From NCBI RefSeq assembly GCF_006345805.1, contig NC_043002.1:89218001-89282000 (forward strand): a DNA stretch of 64,000 nucleotides. Reading direction: 5' to 3'. The position numbers and the translations under genes are program-made. The notes under the pieces are model-generated. The model ran no database searches, was not told the DNA's origin, and was given only the letters and a program-made list of their open reading frames with translations. This document shows, piece after piece, positions 1 through 13,360 of this stretch. The stretch is from Octopus sinensis (taxonomy: Eukaryota). The first letter of the stretch is position 1. Each line of letters starts with the position of its first letter.

Positions 1-560
1 AGGGTGAAGATGATGGTGGTGGTGGTGGTATGTGTGTGTGTGTGTGTGTGTGTACACGTGCATGCAGTGGGCTTCTACATAGCGTCCATCAACTAAATTC
101 TATTCACAAGGTATTGAGATATTGATCATCTGAAAGTTATGGCAGAAGTCAGATGCCTAAGGTGCTGCAAAGTAAAATCAAACTCATGACTGTGGCCATA
201 TTTGTATTTTTGTCTTTAACTAACAGACAACAAGAAAAGAAAGTGAATCTATTGAAATCCTGAATATTATCTATGGCCACAATGAATTCTTCAGACCAGT
301 TCAAAATATTCTTTGCTACATGAAGACAAGGAAAGACATAAAGAACAATGCTTGTCATTTTGAGGATATTTGATTGTACCCTATTATCAGCTAGAAAGTT
401 GAGTAAACAATTAGATAATCTACAAAAATAGAGTTATCACAAATATTTACTTCACTTAATGCTAGTGAAATAAAATGTCAGCATATTTTAGTTTGCTATG
501 AATTGTAAAATCACTAATTTATTACCAAAATGTTATTTAACTGTATTTAAGTGCTTTACT

Positions 561-795
561 GTGGAGGCATGAGCGAAACAACTAATCTCCACGCGGCTCT
601 GGCAGAAGGTAATGGCGAAACTTCTGCTGACTCTTTCACCACAACTTTCTCTTGCTCTTTCCTCCTGCATCTTGTAGCTCACCTGTGACGGACCGGCTTC
701 CCTCCCAGGTGGGGAACCTATACGCCAAGGAAACTGGCAAACCAGCCCTATGCTCCACAGGGGGAAAAGAAGAAGAAGAAGAAGAAGAAGAAGAA
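561..795 (+). mobile_element. SINE family C, internally deleted, with (GAA)n tail
   Basis: Body nearly identical to 48570-48760. Confidence 0.8.
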
Positions 796-2255
796 AAAGT
801 GCTTTATTGCTTATTCATTATCTTTACTGCTTATCTACAGCTTAAATGGGAGGAAATTGAAGCACTTCTTGTCACCAACACTTACTCTGTTTTTCCAGAG
901 GAATCCAAAAGCACAGAACTAGCAATATTTTGACAGAAAATGTTAACAAATATCACCAGCTGCAGCTCAAGCACTAACAGTGATGTCACCATCTAAACTC
1001 ATTGCTCAGCACACAAAGAGACAAATACATGCATGTAAAAAGCACCAAGTACATTCTGTAAAGTGGTTGGCACTAGGAAGGGCATCCAGAGACAGTGGAG
1101 TAGCTCACCAGCTACTATTGAGTCATCCAACCCATGCCAGCATGGAGAGTGGATGTTGAATGGTGATGATGATGCATATGGTGATGATGTTGAATGGTGA
1201 TGGTATGTGTGTGTGTGCATGCAATGGGTTTCTTTCAATTTCTGTCAACCATATTCCTTCACAAGGTAATATATTACATTCCATTTCATATGAATTCAAT
1301 CATTCACCAAAATAATTCTTTTTATCATAAAAAGAAGAGGAAATATTATAGTAAAAGGCTTAGATATTTCTTACATCATTTTAATAAAGACAACTGAATC
1401 AATAAATTGTGGTATAAGATATATATCTATAAATATATATATACAACTGTTACCTGATTTCAAAATTTCCTAGTAACCAGTTGATAATTAAAGGAAAGAA
1501 AATAACAAACCAATGTAATATAGAATATAAAATACAAGATGATTCGAAAGTACTTTTAGTATATTTATAAACCAGCTAACAACTGAGGTAAATTGAACTT
1601 TCCTAGCCCTCTACACACACTGACTGTCAGAGCTCAAGAATTCCAGGATAGCTAGTCTACACCCTTGCTATTCATGCTGCCAGCTGTTTGAACTACAATT
1701 ATATTATGTGTCTTAGAATAATAAATATTCTCTTTTCTAAAATATATAATATAATACATACATATACCAAAGAATATTCATGACAAAACAATGAAGAGAG
1801 TATCAAAAATGTATAAAATCAAAATTCTAACAAAATAAAAAATTAAATTTTTAATATATCGTTTATATACTGAAGCAGTAATTTCCAAACTTTTTCAGGC
1901 TGCTGCCCCCTTGGCACTCAGGCCACATTCCTGGAGCCCCTGCCTCCCCACCACAAATATAGACCACTTTCTGCAGCAAATTCAAAACAACTGTATTTCA
2001 CAAATAAAACTTAAACCTAATTAACCTATTAATTTTTTTTTTTTACATCTATCACCCCATGTTGGCCACCCCATTATTATCCCACTTTTCTTCAACACCC
2101 CCTGGATCTTTCCACCGCCCCCAAGGGAGCAATACTGCCCACTTTGCTAAAAGGACTTCTAAATCACACTGTATATTTTTTAACTATCAGATGTATGATA
2201 CCTTCTCTTACAAATTGTCTTTTATAATCAAACATATATCTGTCATATACACATA

Positions 2256-2302
<47 letters not shown>

Positions 2303-3595
2303 CACATGTATGATGACATATCATAGCTTGGGATTATTTCAATGACAAAAATTCTTGGTAAATTTAAAATATATACTTGCAAATTTAATCATGGCAACAT
2401 ATTTTTGATTTGTTTTAGAATGATATTTTCACCTCATCTATATTCATTAATGAACTTTACCAGAAGATTAGATTTCTGTGTTGCCCAACGACAAAATGAC
2501 ACAGTAGCTAGATTGAGTGAGCGCATGCACACACACGCACCACACACAAACACACATACACAAGTACTATGATAGGCATATTAAAGTTTATCAGAAATTA
2601 TTTTATTTGTAAAATGGAAGGGGAAATCTTTATAGTTTACTTTTTACAGTACATTTTTCAAGCATATCATTCACTGTCTTCCTTATATAAGTTACCCTGC
2701 AGATTTAACAGCAGACCAATTCTTAATAAGTATTATACTGAAAGAATGGTTCATTTAAATTCACTTCACATGCCAGTTCTGCTTCATCTCTGTTGACGTA
2801 CTGGTTGTGCTAGAAATTTCAGCTATGAGCAATTAATACCACCTACAAATAAAGTAGTTGAAAAAGTTACTGTTGCTTCTAGAATGGATAAGTAGAGACA
2901 ATATTTGCATGGCAAAGCACTAATACATTGTAATTTCCTTTAACAAGTGGGTCATATATTTCTAGTGGACAAGACATTAAACTGCTTTCAGTAGTAAGGA
3001 TCCAGGTTGGAAAGAATAGAATTACCCTTTAGTCATGACAAGTCCAGGTCAACTCTGACTTGGAGTGACAGTACCCATCAAAGGCCTTAGCTCTAGGTCA
3101 AATAGCAGAAGATTGTCCTGTGGTTAAGACATGCAAGGCTCGAGGAAATCTTCCCCACCAACTTCTAGACCAGTGTCACACAAACCCTCCAGTGTATGGA
3201 CATACACAGATGTCCTGTGAACCAGTCTCCTTGCCTAATGGTTAAGTAGACCCTATGCCTCAAGGGTAAGCACAAGAGAGCAAGAGACAACAGAGTCAAT
3301 TCTAAACAGACCGACGAAAGGCATCAGGAAACCACTACTGCATCTTGCCCAAGAAAAATCACAGCTAATCAGATTATGGCATGGAGTTCCACAACTGCTA
3401 ATGCTCTCAAGCAAGCATAGCAGATTGAGAGAGAGAGAGAGAATTATTTAGATAGATATATGGTAGTACAATGTATTCAAAAGTGACAGGCACAGCAGAG
3501 CAACAGGCAAATTCCCGCTGAGACAGATTAGTGAAATGGGTTCAATTCCTAGTTAAAAAAATCAATTGATTTGTTCCACTTGTTCATTTAGAAAT

Positions 3596-3647
3596 GGTAT
3601 GAAGGTCAGCAAGGTATGAAGGTCACAAAGGTATGAAGGTCACAAAG
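3596..3647. repeat. 17-bp minisatellite, 3 units
   Basis: GGTATGAAGGTCA(G)CAA(A) repeated three times. Confidence 0.85.
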
Positions 3648-3809
3648 ATTAACCACTGTGAAAGTCATTAAGACAAATCTCCATGAAAGCTACTAAGACA
3701 AATTGCCTTGAAGATCACAATAACAAATTGCTACAGGAGTCACTAAGGCTAATTGCTATGCATATTTAAGGATATATTACATACACACACACACATGTAT
3801 AAACATATT

Positions 3810-4171
3810 CTTTTACTTGTTTCAGTCATCTGACTGTAGCCATGCTAGAGCACTGCTTTTAGTTGAACAAATCGACCCCAGGACTTATCCTTGTACTTAT
3901 TCCATCAGTCATTTTTGCTGAACCTCTAATTTACGGGGACATAAACACACCAACATCGGATGTCAAGTGATGGTGGGGGGACAAACACAGACACACAAAT
4001 ACATATATGATGCTTCTTTCAGTTTCCATCTACTAAATCTACTCACAAGGCTTTGGTCAGCCCAAGGCTATAGTAGAAGACACTTGCCCAAGGTGCCATG
4101 CAGTGGGACTGAACTTGGAACCATGTGGTTGGGAAGCAAGCTTCTTACTACACAGCTACTTCTGTGCCTAT
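3810..4171 (-). mobile_element. SINE family B copy
   Basis: Reverse complement of the family B sequence. Confidence 0.8.
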
Positions 4172-4387
4172 TATGTAGATATATGTTCTACACAAATGTT
4201 TGTACACACACATATATATAGATATATATTTATATGTGTATATGACAGGCATCTTTCAGTTTCTCTCTACCAACTCCACTCACAAAGCTTTGAGTGGCCT
4301 ATAGTTATAGAAGACACCTGCCCAAGGTGCTATGCAATGGGACTGAACTCCAGAACAATGTGGTTAGAAAGCACATGCCTTCCCCTA

Positions 4388-5810
4388 TATACTGGGGGGG
4401 GGGATCAAAAGTTATCCACACTTTCACCAAACCTTTCTTTAGGTTGGCTGCACCGCTTTCAATGTTTGCATGCTAAAAGGCGGTACTTTTGTGGTTACAT
4501 GGTAGAGGTTTGGTCTTGATTACTCCAGTTATTTTTTCTCTTGCATTAAAAGAGTAATCATGGCTGCTCCACTGGCAGTGTGCACCAAGGAAGAACAAAG
4601 ATCAGTGGTCTGATTTTTTAAGTCTGAAGGTGTGCCAGGGGCTGAAATACATCACAGGCTTTCAGTACAATAGGGGGACAATGCCCTACTGTGTAGACAT
4701 GTGTATGAGTGGATTGAGAGGATGCCCACCAACCTCCAACACTGACATGAAAATTCAACAAGCTTGAAAGATGGTTCTAGTGAACCAACAAGTGACCATT
4801 GGTGAGGTGGCATATCCGCTGCATATGAAATCATCCACAACAAGCTTCACATCTGTAAAGTCTGTACAAGATGAGTGCCATAGAGCTTACAGAAGCACAT
4901 AAGTGTAAACGATGGAGGCAAAGCTTTTTTGGCAACAATAGTCACAGAAGATGAGACCTGAGCTGGCAGAATCATTAGCACGCCGGGTGAAATGCATAGC
5001 CATATTTCGGCTGCTGATATGTTCTGAGTTCAAATTCCGCTGAGGTCGACTTTGCCTTTCATCCTTTCAGGGTCGATAAATTAAGTACCAGTTACACACT
5101 GGGGTCGATATAATCGACTTAATCCGTTTGTCCTCTCTGTGTTTAGCCCCTTGTGGGTAGTAAAGAAATAAGATGAGACCTGAGTCCATCACTTTGAGCC
5201 AGAATCCAAAACGCAGAGTATGGAGCAGAAATGCCTGGAATCGTGAGTGAAAAAGAAATTCAAGACTCAACCTTCTGCAGTAAAAGTGATGCTAACCATT
5301 TTTTGAAAAGGAAAAAGGGACTATACCAGAAAAGAGGTCTACAGTCATCAGTGAAATGATGACCAACAAAGTGAAACCAGCAATCTACACCAGATGCTGA
5401 GGTCTGTTGTCAAATCAAGTGTTATTGTAGCATGACAATGCACATTCATATATATGGCTGCCCACTCCATTGAAACCAATGAAAAATTGGGCTTCAAGTT
5501 GCTGGAACACTCTGTATGCAGTCCAGGTTTCACCCCTTTTGACTATCATCTCGTTAGACTGCTCAAACATCCTTTATGAGGTCATCAATTTGGTATGGAT
5601 GAAGAAGCACAGGAAGTGATGCATAAATGACTGTGCAACCAACCATAAGCCTCCTTCTCCAATGAAATAAGCAAGCTTATGGACTGCTGGAAGAAGTGTG
5701 TCGTAAAGCAAGGAAACTATGCCAAAAAATGATGTAATTGTTCAATCTCTGCTTATGTTTTAATAAATTACAAAAGCAAGAGTGCATATATATTTTGACT
5801 TGCCCTTATA
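4388..5810 (+). mobile_element. Decayed near-full-length mariner element, interrupted by a SINE
   Basis: MAAPLAVCTKEEQRSVV...EGVPGAEIHHRL N-terminus; IVTEDET/HHFEPESK/KKKFKTQPSAVKVML catalytic region with stops and frameshifts; imperfect GGG..TCAAAA terminal inverted repeats at both ends. Confidence 0.85.
4963..5169 (+). mobile_element. tRNA-derived SINE, family A (AAGGCGGCGAGCTGGCAG...GTGGGTAGTAAAGAAATA)
   Basis: Same family as 36552-36777 and 44585-44802; perfect 15-bp target-site duplication AAGATGAGACCTGAG (4948-4962 and 5170-5184). Confidence 0.9.
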
Positions 5811-6059
5811 TATGTAATATACACACACATACATGTATATATATATGTATTTAGACACTAAGTGCATTGCATACACATTTTGTGTGTGTGTGATAATGTT
5901 TTCAATACGAAAACAAATTATTGTTTCCCACAAGACAAGAAAGTATTTCCAACTTAAAAAAGCAGGTAAAAGAGAAAAAAGTATAAGGTAACGTACACAC
6001 ACAATTTGTCAAACCATCCAACCCATGCCAGCTTGGAAAAGGGAATGATGATAACGATG

Positions 6060-6091
<32 letters not shown>

Positions 6092-6102
6092 ATGTATATA
6101 TG

Positions 6103-6152
<50 letters not shown>
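6060..6152. repeat. (TA)n/(TG)n microsatellite (representative of many)
   Basis: Directly visible dinucleotide run; similar runs near 30, 2258, 9090-9190, 12320, 15000-15380 and 56446. Confidence 0.95.
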
Positions 6153-6155
<3 letters not shown>

Positions 6156-6732
6156 GACTATATTTTCCAATGTATCTTCTCCTAACCTAAGACAGTAAGA
6201 TGTAATTTGAGGTAAATTTGACTGTTATATCTAGCAAATCACATGCCTGTGCAGGGTCCTTCCCTTATGAAGTTGAAATGAAGTGCAAGATCAGTGATAG
6301 CTGAAGAACTATGAAAAAAAGGTGTTTCAGTCATGATAACCCACTAGTTTGTAATCCAGTTACTAGTTTGTTCAATATACCATTGATTTAAAGATTTAGC
6401 TGCTTTTTTTGGTAGGTTGAGTATCACCTGAATTGTTATGTGTGTGTTTTTACCAATCCTTGACATATCTAGGGTAAAAGTTTTGATGTTAAGAAGAATA
6501 CTTCCCTTAGTTGCTGCATATCTGTTTTCTTATCTATGTCAATGTACAGATTTCAGTCAAATTTAAATCAAGTAAAAGATTTAAGAATTGTATAAAAACA
6601 AAATAAATCTATTAAATTTTAGATTATTTAAAATTTAGAATTGAGTTTTTCTCTACCCAGTAACATGTATACTGTAGTATACTTTAGCAAAGTCTTCTCA
6701 TTTTAATGACAGTAAATATATTGCTACAGATA

Positions 6733-6805
6733 GCCAAAATAGCTCATTTGAAAGAGTGTACAGCAGAAGATCTAAAGGCCCGTGGTTCAATCCCTCGTTT
6801 CAATA
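6733..6805 (+). pseudogene. tRNA-Phe(GAA) pseudogene
   Basis: 73 nt collinear with eukaryotic tRNA-Phe (GCCaAAATAGCTCA...GAAGATCTAAAGG...GGTTCaATCCC); GAA at positions 34-36; many stem-breaking substitutions. Confidence 0.8.
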
Positions 6806-7639
6806 CGTTAATAAGCTTTGTGCTGTTCTTAAAACTATTACTACACAAAATCTTTAGAGTCTGACTCAATTAGAGAGGGTGATAGAAAAGCCTTTCTTTG
6901 TTTTTGGCTACATATATACACATCAACAGGTAATCATCATTATAATAAAATATTCTGTTGTTTACAAACTTCCTAGCATAAAAACTATTTTTTCTGCCAG
7001 AATATGAAAGACATTGCAGGAGAGAGGTTCAAAATGCCAACAAACCAAACAAATGTATAAATTACAACAGCACTTACATTACAATTCGGTAAAGTAAAAA
7101 ATTAAATAAATGAAACAATAACATAGAAAGAAAGATATAAAGTATATTCTTTGCATTAAAACTATGTTGGGTTATTAGGTACAGTACCAGATTTCAGGGG
7201 AAATTCTAGTTGAGCATCAAGTCTAAAAGGAGAATTGTCTTTCACCAAAAATTACTTATTGTGGAATTGTAAAGAAACAAACTGAAACACCACATTAAGT
7301 ACTGGTGCAATACACTTTTCTGTGGTTTGAAAAACAAAACAAAACAAACTGAACTTTTAAAGAAAGATGTAAACAAAAAGCATAAACATATATAAGTTAA
7401 ACATATATATGTATTTTCACATACTTTAGGTGTGAAAATACATGACTATAAAACTATCACTTTTCAAAGGTATGGTGACAAAAATCCATTGGAATAAATG
7501 CAGTGAAAAATGAGAAATATTCACTAGTTTTTTGTTTTTTTTAAATATTACTGGCATAGCAAGAGGAACTCCTAAAAAAGCTTAATAATTAATGTCTTCA
7601 TTACAATATGTGACATCAGCTTAACTCCAAATAACAGTG

Positions 7640-8250
7640 AATTAGATAATTATTACTAACCAATATCCTAAAGCCAAATTCTCAAAGTATTCCATGTATA
7701 TATTGGCTATTATCGGTGATAATGGTGAACCCATAGCTAAACCCTCCTCTTGTCAATATATATCAGTGTCCATACTGAAGTAGGTAGTTTTTACACAAAA
7801 GTCAACATTTCCATTGAGTTTCTTATTGGTATACTAGTGCATTCTTTTAGATGGGTGTCTAAATATCTGTCAAATGTAAATAATGAGCATTTATATGGCA
7901 CTAATACTTGGCAAGACAAAATTTCTCAAAATGTAATCACATCTATGAGAACATTGAAAAGTTTGGTTGATTGATTAACCAAATAATTAAGCAAGTAATC
8001 AATTAGTTTGTTAAATAACCAAATGACAAATAACAAAGAAGTGGAAATGGGCCAATGCATGTGTTTGTTATTGGCATGATGACCCTCCCGAGATGCAACA
8101 AAATCTATTTCAACAAATGATTCCACATCAAGAATCTTGCAAAACAAATATAAAAATGAAACATTACATTGATATACTTTTTCTAAAATGTTCTTAAATT
8201 TTAAGTTCATTTTTGTAGCTTTATCAACACTGCCGATAGTTGCATTAAAC
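7640..8250 (-). mobile_element. Penelope-like retroelement reverse transcriptase fragment
   Basis: Minus strand encodes QEEGLAMGSPLSPIIANIYMEYFENLA (about 7670-7755), a characteristic Penelope-like RT motif, with a decayed DVES motif upstream. Confidence 0.7.
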
Positions 8251-8740
8251 ACCCGGGAACTGCTTAGTCAAAACTGACACAAATGTGGCAGTCTGTGTCA
8301 CACTGATACCCAAACAGCAAGAAAGCAAAAGGAAAACTGTTGAAGGGGGGAAAAATATACTTCTCCAAGCTAGAGTTAACCTGAGTATCTCATATTCAAA
8401 GATATAAACTAAATACAGAAGGGGAATCTTGACCTAGAGAGGCTTCATCAAATCAGACCAGACATAAAAACCAATCCTGAGTCTTAATCATCTTCAACAA
8501 TGAAGTAATGAACATTACTAAATAAGTGCATTATGCTAATTGAAATTTCTGTCAAAGCTTACAAGAAGAGCTAATTGAAAATTTTCCTTTTATTCAAATA
8601 TAGTTTGAATTGTGATCTAATAAATGAAAATAATCAAAATTTAAAAACAAAAATATACTGATGGTTAAAACTAACTGATACATAAATGTGGACATATATG
8701 TATATATCTACACACACACACATATATATATATCTATATC

Positions 8741-9038
8741 AATAAAATATATACATACAATATTAGATGTGTACATATATACACAAGGGTACTACATGAG
8801 TACCTATATCGCTAAAAAAATAGCAGTCGAGAAATATTTCTGTACCACCAAATACTCACAAATCTATTACAGACATGAAATATCACTGACATTTTTTCCT
8901 ATCGTGTCTGTAATAGATTTGTGACTATTCAGTGGTACAGAAGTATTTTTCAACTTCTATTTTTTAGCGATATAGGTACTCATGTAGTACCCTTGTGTAT
9001 ATATGTACATATCTAATATTGTATGCATATATTTTATT
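8741..9038. repeat. Fold-back inverted repeat
   Basis: About 135-bp arms (AATAAAATAT...GGGTACTACATGAGTACC...CACAAATCTATTACAGACA) with a loop of about 29 nt at 8876-8904. Confidence 0.9.
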
Positions 9039-9098
9039 AATTTGCTTGCCATTCGTGATGGTATTTTAATATCATCCCTATATAATTATTTATATATC

Positions 9099-9130
<32 letters not shown>

Positions 9131-9143
9131 TATTTATTTATGT

Positions 9144-9187
<44 letters not shown>

Positions 9188-9188
<1 letters not shown>

Positions 9189-9518
9189 AAAAAAAAAAGA
9201 CTCCGCCGGTTACAACGACGAGGGTCCCAGCTGATACGATCAACGGAACAGCTTGCTCGTGAAATTAACGTGCAAATGGCTGAGCATTCCACAGACACGT
9301 TTACCCTTAACGTAGTTCTCGGGGATAATCAGCGTGACACAGAGAGTGACAAGGCTGACCTTTTGAAATACAAGTACAACTCATTTTTGCCAGCTGAGTG
9401 GACTGGAGCAACGTGAAATAAAGTGTCTTGCTCAAGGACACAACGCGTCGCCGGGAATCGAACTCACAACCTTACGATCATGAGCCGAATGCCCTAACCA
9501 CTAAGCCACGCGCCCTCA
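9188..9518 (-). mobile_element. tRNA-derived SINE, family D
   Basis: Head GAGGGCGCGTGGCTTAGTGG...GAGTTCGATTCC (A and B boxes), central TGTGTCCTTGAGCAAGACAC, A-rich tail; other copies at 18926-19145 (+) and 61005-61307 (-). Confidence 0.85.
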
Positions 9519-9699
9519 CTATATATATATATATATATATCTCTTCGTTTTCCACCAAAGACAGCGGACGTGCTGTTACAAAACTTCATGCTCTGTGAAA
9601 ACAATAGATGCTTTATGGAGGGAAGAGGGGTATCAATTATGGGTAAATAAATACGGGTAAGTTTGAAAATATACAATAGCATCTACTCACCATATGTCA

Positions 9700-11135
9700 G
9701 AGCATCGAGGAAAAAAATCCCCCCCAGCTTTGTCCCGGACAGAATTAATAACGGGATTGTAAGTGAACTTCTGTTGTGGAAGGAGCTTTGGCTCATTCTC
9801 TGCTATGTACTGGGAAAGCTCTTCAACATTATAACATGTGTCACACAACAAATCGGAAGACAGTGTGTTTGCGCCTTCCCAGTTTGTTGAAGGTAGACTA
9901 TACACCGCCAACACACTACTGCTCATATTGAAATCAGTATCTTGGATTTCAAGCAGCACCTTGTTGTAAATGAGGTCACTGTACTGGTCACTCCATTGAC
10001 GGATTTAGCAACTGAGCCTGACACAGGAAGTCTTCAAACATGTAATCTTTGTAGGTAAGCCATAAAGAGGCGGGATCACCCAAGTCGCACCATAGGAGTA
10101 GAATAGCGAAAAGCGATCTTAGTTTTAGGGGATTTTAACAAAACGCCCTCCACCATAGTGGCACCCCATTGTGATTCGTCCTCGAAAAGTCCACACCTGA
10201 AGTAGGCTTCCCAGAAAGTGTCACACAATTCACCATCAACAGTTCTTATATCTCCAATGTTTTGTGGACCAAAAACGTCATGGAGGAGAAGGCACAGGTG
10301 AAAATGCTCATGCTGGTTGGGAGGTACAGTGTACACTCTTCCTAGAAAACTGTTAAACTTGACACCAGGATGTCCTTGAACATCCTGACCTGACTTCCTA
10401 AGCACCCAAGTGTTCTTTGACCACACATAGTAGGACGGGACCTGAGGGTATAAAAGTGTCTTGTCAAATGTGCCAAGTTGGCAAAGCCTAAAGAAACCAG
10501 TCAAAGTTGTTTCTTTTGGATTGACCGCCAATTGTGCAGTAGTCTGTTCAGTAAAGTAAGCCTGCAGGCCATTTTCCAAATGAACCGCTAGTTGTATGAT
10601 GGCCGGGTTCCTTTGGTGAAGCAGAAACCCGAATATCCGCTGAAAAGCTTCACCACTGCTGATATATCAACCTGGCAAGTACTGCGACATCTTATCCATG
10701 CTATTGTCCTTTTGAAGGCTGAACATGGCAGCGTGAGTACCCTTGTTAACATATGTACTTTATTGACTTTACTGAATGACAGAACTTCACTTTTATATGA
10801 ACGTTGAAAATTTTCATCACAATTGGACAGTATGGGACCACCAGTCTATTATAAGTTGATGACCTTGTAACGTCATAGTGAGTCCTCCATTCTCAGGCCA
10901 CCGCTGCCTGTACAGAACCGTATGGACCATGCACCATATGTGCCTTCACAATGTCGTACAGCTGCTGGTCAACAGTGGAGTCCTGGATTTCTGCTGTAAT
11001 GATGTCATCTAGAACTGTAGGGTCTATTTTGGTGACCAGCCAAACCAAAATGTGTGCATGTGACAACCCTGTCTTCTACCACTGAATAGTATACATGTAG
11101 CAGCTAACAGGCCCAAAAACCTGCCCTTTTTTTTG
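9700..11135 (-). mobile_element. Helitron Rep/helicase fragment (decayed)
   Basis: YMYTIQW*KTGLSHAHILVW (HUH motif, about 11040-11100), then TTLTGFFRLCQ...LLYPQVPSYYVW...GRVYTVPP...FEDESQW and the lead-in to helicase motif I. Confidence 0.88.
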
Positions 11136-11289
11136 ATTAAATCAATTAGCCAGCTTCTGCCTGAAAACCCTGGCAATAATATCATGCCAACGGCAGCAAA
11201 GGGTGAATGTTACTTGTACAGAGAAATTGTCTTGGAAAGTATGCGTAAAATTGAAGGGAGAAAGGGTGATAAGAAAGGGCAAATAAATA

Positions 11290-11580
11290 AACTGACAGGT
11301 ATTTGTATGTATGTATGTATTAATGTGTATTCTGTCTATATATATGGTAGTAAGTGTGTTTTCAAAAACCTCAGTTTGTAGGGAATAAATGTTTGACTGT
11401 CGATTGTATTTGAAAAAGATCAACTGGTATTTGTATGTATGTATTTATTTGTAAGTATGTATGAGCATGTATTGTCTGTCCATATATATGGTAGTAAGTA
11501 AATGTGTTTTAAAAAAGATTTTCAAAAAACTCAGTTTGTAGGGAATAAATGTTTGACTGTTGATCATATTTGAAAAAGAT
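11290..11580. repeat. Imperfect tandem duplication (2 units of about 130-160 bp)
   Basis: Both units contain GGTATTTGTATGTATG...TATATGGTAGTAAGT...CTCAGTTTGTAGGGAATAAATGTTTGACTGT...TTTGAAAAAGAT; adjacent to the Helitron remnant. Confidence 0.85.
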
Positions 11581-11639
11581 GTGTCGTTATTTATTTATTT
11601 TTTTTGTTGTTATCTTGGTGAAGGACGGTGTTAGAAATG

Positions 11640-12312
11640 GGAAGTGAACTTACAATTCCTGCCAATTAGAATGAGGTCATTGGTAACCATAGGTACATAT
11701 ATAGGTGTGTATTGTTATATAAGACAACAATAAAGATTTTAAGTTAAATTGGTTCATCCTGTCCATATCTTTTCCTTACGATAAGGGCAAGGGATTTTGT
11801 AACATTTGCAACTCTGAACTCTTCTATATTCTCTTCTCCAAGAATCACCTTGTTAACACACTTATAGAGCGATCTTACAAATGTAAACACTGGCAGAAAC
11901 ATACCTTTAACTCATATAAGTGATTTCGCCAGTCTTTATAGTTTGAACAGTTAGTTTAACTTACACTTTACTTCAATAGAGAAATCTACTTCTAAGCCTT
12001 TGAACATTTTTTCAACCAATGTATCCCTCTTTATTTGTTCTCTACTTATTATTTCTTTAACCCTTCTCTTCCAGGTATCTGCCTTTGACGTCAAATCTAC
12101 AAACGGTTTTTTAAATACTTAATAACGTTCTGTTTATCATTTAGGCAGTCATCGTAATTGTCATAATGTCTTGTTGTTGAGATAGGCTCTCTTTCTTTCC
12201 TGATGAGAAGATTGCATTTTACACCGTTTATTCCTTTGCAATAAAACTGTGTTGTCTTCGAAACATATGTCGAAAGTAAAAGAATTTTAATAACATCTTC
12301 GTTCAACTCCAT
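11640..12312 (-). mobile_element. Decayed LINE ORF2 C-terminal fragment
   Basis: Broken reading frame (ORF 12097-12312 and continuation) resembling a LINE ORF2 3' region; family not assigned. Confidence 0.35.
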
Positions 12313-13089
12313 TTATTTACTTATATATATATATATATTTATATATACATATATACACACACATATATATCTACATATATTTACATATATACATATACAC
12401 ACACATTTACATAGACACACACCGATAAATCCACTAAAGCACAAATTTACACTAGGGACTAAATGACTGGTTGAAATTATCAATAACATGCAACACGTCT
12501 CTTCCCACTGAATCAAGACATAAAACTAAATATTGCATCAGTAACAATGGCAGGAAGATAAAGAAATGTACCTACCTTGAATCATAGAGAAGCAGATATT
12601 CTCCATGTTTATCTGAAGTAACAAGGTGGTACAGTTAAGATAAATGCTCAGGAAAATTATTGACACCTCCTGTTCTCTTTGATATCACCATAAAAATTCT
12701 TCCTCTTGTTAGGGAAGAGGAAAGGTTTTGAAATTAAAAAGAAATCTATACACATTATGACCATTATTTCCTGCTATAACTGGCTATATATAATATGAAA
12801 TATAATGCAGGGGAACAAAGCAAAAAAAAAAAAAAGCATATGAGAAGAGATTTGAAAGGGAGACATATTCAATTTACAGAGATTTCTCACACACACACAC
12901 ACACTAACAGACAGATAGATATTTTAGTGATGCAGCTGATCTGATCAATCCAAGGAAATTAAGTTTCCATTGATTTTTTAAAATATTGCTGGCATTATCT
13001 GTGTTATCTGCAGATCACAGCTTCTGATGGATGTGTCACTATTCAGTTTTTTCTTGTTATTTTTTTTTCTTTTTTCTTTTTTGAAGAGA

Positions 13090-13360
13090 CAGATAGCAGG
13101 ATTTGAAATTAGAACGCCTAGAACTGGAACAGATCCTGCAAAACACCCTCTTTGATATTCTCTCAATCCCACCAATTTACTGATCTGAACTGCTGGATTA
13201 TTTATCAACCCTAGAAGGATGAAAGAAGTATTGTTTGAACTAAGAGTACAAAATATTGGAACAAATACTGCAACGTATTCACTCATAACTCAACAAATTT
13301 GCTGCCGTTCACAAGATTCTGTACTATTATAAATCCACCCAGGAGACTCTCTCAAAAGTA
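13090..13360 (+). mobile_element. LINE (RTE-like) 3' coding remnant
   Basis: Plus frame with stops: LERLELEQILQNTLFDILSIPPIY*SELLDYLSTLEG*K...ILEQILQRI...AVHKIL. Confidence 0.4.

Noticed and set aside
3596-3647. Short direct repeats as a possible CRISPR array
   Set aside because: Head-to-tail minisatellite without spacers, in a eukaryotic context, with no cas genes.
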